Origin: Synechococcus sp. | GTDB taxonomy: Bacteria > Cyanobacteriota > Cyanobacteriia > Thermostichales > PCC-7336 | Reading direction: 5' to 3' | Length of the DNA stretch: 64,000 bases | Assembly (NCBI GenBank): GCA_051439605.1 | Contig: JBFRWN010000075.1 | Location: forward strand, 1 to 64,000 | Shown here: positions 61,391-64,000 of the stretch, piece by piece | Position numbering within the stretch: the stretch's first letter is position 1 | Layout: each line of letters starts with the position of its first letter | Program-made: the position numbers and the translations under genes | The notes under the pieces: model-generated | What the model saw: the letters and a program-made list of their open reading frames with translations, nothing else | What the model was told of the DNA's origin: nothing | The model's database searches: none

Positions 61391-62506
61391 CTAAAACGTC
61401 GTTCGTAATGTTTGGACAGTTCCAGTTTGTGCCGAACGATAAGCGGACTCAATAATGTCGATCGCATGGCGGGCATGTTCGGCGGTGACAATGGTTGGGC
61501 GATCGTCCAGAATCCAATCCACCAATTGCATGATGTCTTCAAACACGTGACATTCTTCCATCTCACGATGGACTCCGACAACATGCGGGAGGATGGTGTA
61601 ATCAGACTCCGGACGATGGGGCTGCCTGCCCGGAAACTCAATCGGCTCGCCATTGAATGTAGTTCCCACAATTGCCCCCTTTGTCCCAAAAATTCGGGGT
61701 TGGCCCACATGCTGCTTGGCAAATTCACCGGCGGCGACCCCGTAGACCAATGCGAAGAGCGAATCGCCAAAATCCAACAGCATGAGAGTGTTATCGTCCA
61801 TGTCACAGGGGAAGAGCTTGCCCTGAAACTCTCGTTCGGGAATACGGACCCCTGAGAATGCCGTCACTCGCTTGACCGCTCCCAATATCCCCGTCAAGAC
61901 GTGCAAGCCATAGACTGCCATGTCGTATAGAGGCCCCCCCCCCGGAGAGCGAAAGTACCATTCTGGATTGACGTTCGAAAGGATGTCATCTCCCCCCCTG
62001 ACCGATTCCTCTTCGTGATATCGCCCAAAGGCAGCCCCTGCCATCGCCCAAGTGGGCGTCCCCAGCGCCCCTTCCAACACAAGACGGCGAATCTGTTGAT
62101 AGACCGGGCGTAACATTTCACCGGGGGAGGCCACTAATTTCACCCCTCGCTGCTTCGCTAGATCGATCAACTCGTCGGCCTCCGCGACGGATGTTGTCAT
62201 GGTTTTATTGAAGTGAACGTGAATTCCTCGTTCGATCGCCTGCTTGCCCTGTTGATAATGCAGTCCGATGGGGGAGGCGATCGTGACAGCTTCCACCCCT
62301 CCAGCCGCTAACAAATCCTCGTAGCGTTCGTAGGCAGCTGGCACGCCAAACTTATCGGCAGCCGCATGTGCACGCCCTGGAAATGGATCGCAAATGGCTG
62401 TGACCTGCAGCCGCTCTTGGACGTCTGCCTGCATCAGATGAGGCAGTATTCCCCGCAGCGAGATGCTCCCCGCACCCACAATTCCCAAGCGCAGTTTATC
62501 TTTCAT
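61391..62506 (-). CDS. Gfo/Idh/MocA family oxidoreductase
   Basis: GIVGAGSI, NK in place of EKP, and GGGPLYDMAVY. ATG 62506 overlaps the upstream stop. Confidence 0.88.
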   Translation of the reverse strand: MKDKLRLGIVGAGSISLRGILPHLMQADVQERLQVTAICDPFPGRAHAAADKFGVPAAYERYEDLLAAGGVEAVTIASPIGLHYQQGKQAIERGIHVHFNKTMTTSVAEADELIDLAKQRGVKLVASPGEMLRPVYQQIRRLVLEGALGTPTWAMAGAAFGRYHEEESVRGGDDILSNVNPEWYFRSPGGGPLYDMAVYGLHVLTGILGAVKRVTAFSGVRIPEREFQGKLFPCDMDDNTLMLLDFGDSLFALVYGVAAGEFAKQHVGQPRIFGTKGAIVGTTFNGEPIEFPGRQPHRPESDYTILPHVVGVHREMEECHVFEDIMQLVDWILDDRPTIVTAEHARHAIDIIESAYRSAQTGTVQTLRTTF

Positions 62507-63411
62507 AAGTACTGCCTCCAGGAGGTTTGGGGCTGCCAACCTACAGCCGTTCCAATCTTGTCGCAACTCAGAAAAGATTGATAGCCAGTCAGCTTTTCTA
62601 CTACAGGGAGCAGTTGCGGTCTGAAGCGTTCCACAAGTTCCAGAGAAGGTTCCAAGGCCGTTGTATCCTGCCCATTGACGAAATACACGTCATGAAGCGG
62701 AAGCTCTGGGGCAGCATCCAGGAGCAGACGGTGAGCCCTCGCGAGATCCTCACTCCCCACCCAGCCCCACAGCCAAGGATCCCAATATTGTGCCGAAGTA
62801 GCCTCTACCGCCATTTGCCGTCGCTGTGCTTCGGTTCGAATACCGGCAGGGCGGGTGACGTAGGTCCGCATGCCGTAAGCACGACTGTAGGAGGCCAATA
62901 AATCTTCTCCTGCACGTTTGGAAAAACTATAGGTGTCTTCCGGATAGCACGGGTGAGTTTCGTCGATTGGCAAAGTCTGAATGGGAAATGGAGTCTTGCT
63001 GATGCGGTATCCATGCCCCAAGGCACAGTTACTCCCTGCCATCACAACAATCTTTACTTGCGCTTCAACGGCGGCTTGTAACAGGTAATAGGTGCCCAGC
63101 AGATTTGACTTGAACGTCGCATCAAAGGAAACGCCTCGCTTTTTGTACAAGCTCCGCAGATCGGGATGATCTGTCGGTTCTGGCTGAGCTCCCAGATGCT
63201 GGATGGCATTTACCCCCGCCACCATCCGTTGGCAATCCGCAAAACAGGTCAGCTCAGCCTGAATCCAAGCAAAACCAGACAATTCTTCTGGTGGTTTGCG
63301 ACGGGAGGTGAGAATCAGTTCGTATTTATCTGCCAACTCGTGGATTACGTACCTTGCTAGCCTACCGCTAGCTCCTGTAATCAATACTTTCACAAGTTCT
63401 GGCCCTAACAA
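62503..63411 (-). CDS. NAD-dependent epimerase/dehydratase (extended SDR)
   Basis: VLITGASGRLA and YSFSK (YxxxK). The start may be GTG 63393. Confidence 0.88.
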   Translation of the reverse strand: MLGPELVKVLITGASGRLARYVIHELADKYELILTSRRKPPEELSGFAWIQAELTCFADCQRMVAGVNAIQHLGAQPEPTDHPDLRSLYKKRGVSFDATFKSNLLGTYYLLQAAVEAQVKIVVMAGSNCALGHGYRISKTPFPIQTLPIDETHPCYPEDTYSFSKRAGEDLLASYSRAYGMRTYVTRPAGIRTEAQRRQMAVEATSAQYWDPWLWGWVGSEDLARAHRLLLDAAPELPLHDVYFVNGQDTTALEPSLELVERFRPQLLPVVEKLTGYQSFLSCDKIGTAVGWQPQTSWRQYL

Positions 63412-63748
63412 GCGAAGAATGGCTCATGCAAATTGGAGCAACCCTCTCTAATAGAATAAATGCGAGGCAAATGCTGTCATGAAATACTCATAAATTTTCA
63501 GATTACGGGTTATTTCACATCCGCCTGGTTCTAGAGAGGAGCGATATCGTGAAAGCCTACGTTGCTTTTTCCGTTCATCCCCTCAAAGCTCTAATATTTT
63601 TTAGGCTGACGAGTCTAATGCGGATTTATACTCGTCAAGGCGGTAGTGGCTCCTCCTCCTTGGTTCTTAGACGCTTTCTGTCTAAGACGCAGGAAAGAAA
63701 GGGTTCGTAACCGCAGAACAGTGAAGGAATTGTATTCGAGCGATCGCC

Positions 63749-64000
63749 ATGACGACTGCGACCACCCGTCCAAGCCGGACACACTATTGTGGAGACCTGC
63801 GGGGTGAACACACAGAACAGCAAGTGACTCTGTACGGCTGGATTGACCGTCGTCGAGACCACGGTGGTGTCATCTTTTTGGATTTGCGCGATCGCTCCGG
63901 GATCGTCCAGCTAGTCAGCGACCCCGAAAAGACTCCTGCCACCTGTGAACTGGCGGGGGACATGCGTAGCGAATATGTCGTGCGGGTTACCGGTACCGTC
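63749..64000 (+). CDS. aspS: Aspartate--tRNA ligase, 5' part (runs off window)
   Basis: [47 protein letters not shown]. It is absent from the ORF track because it has no stop in the window. Confidence 0.93.
   Translation, partial: MTTATTRPSRTHYCGDLRGEHTEQQVTLYGWIDRRRDHGGVIFLDLRDRSGIVQLVSDPEKTPATCELAGDMRSEYVVRVTGTV

Overview
A 64 kb chromosomal segment from a cyanobacterium, inferred from abundant HIP1 GCGATCGC octamers, an flv3-flv1 pair, a group 2 sigma factor and an NtcA-type promoter. Housekeeping genes include pgk, pepP, a tRNA nucleotidyltransferase, miaE, trmL, clpP, mnmG, grpE-dnaK-dnaJ-tusA-rsgA, fbp-zwf and the start of aspS. Accessory patches are interspersed among them. (1) An LRR-Roc-COR (Roco) gene at the left edge has near-identical 69-bp repeats that vary almost only at surface-exposed codons. 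(2) A co-oriented cluster miaE-GNAT-IMPase-ORF-DJ-1-AlaX contains an unannotated ORF that looks like a divergent macrodomain. (3) A 1.2 kb mostly non-coding island at 19.2-20.4 kb holds a compact multi-stem RNA candidate, a 127-bp tandem duplication and a second hairpin-rich stretch. (4) A complete Ggt/Agl-type sugar ABC transporter is followed by treZ. (5) A rearranged metal island carries two multicopper oxidases, an IS630 remnant, a decayed duplicate of a hydrolase 3' end and a deleted/frameshifted PA4063-4066-like zinc operon. No rRNA, tRNA or CRISPR array was recognised. All calls come from reading motifs by eye; no database searches or folding programs were run.
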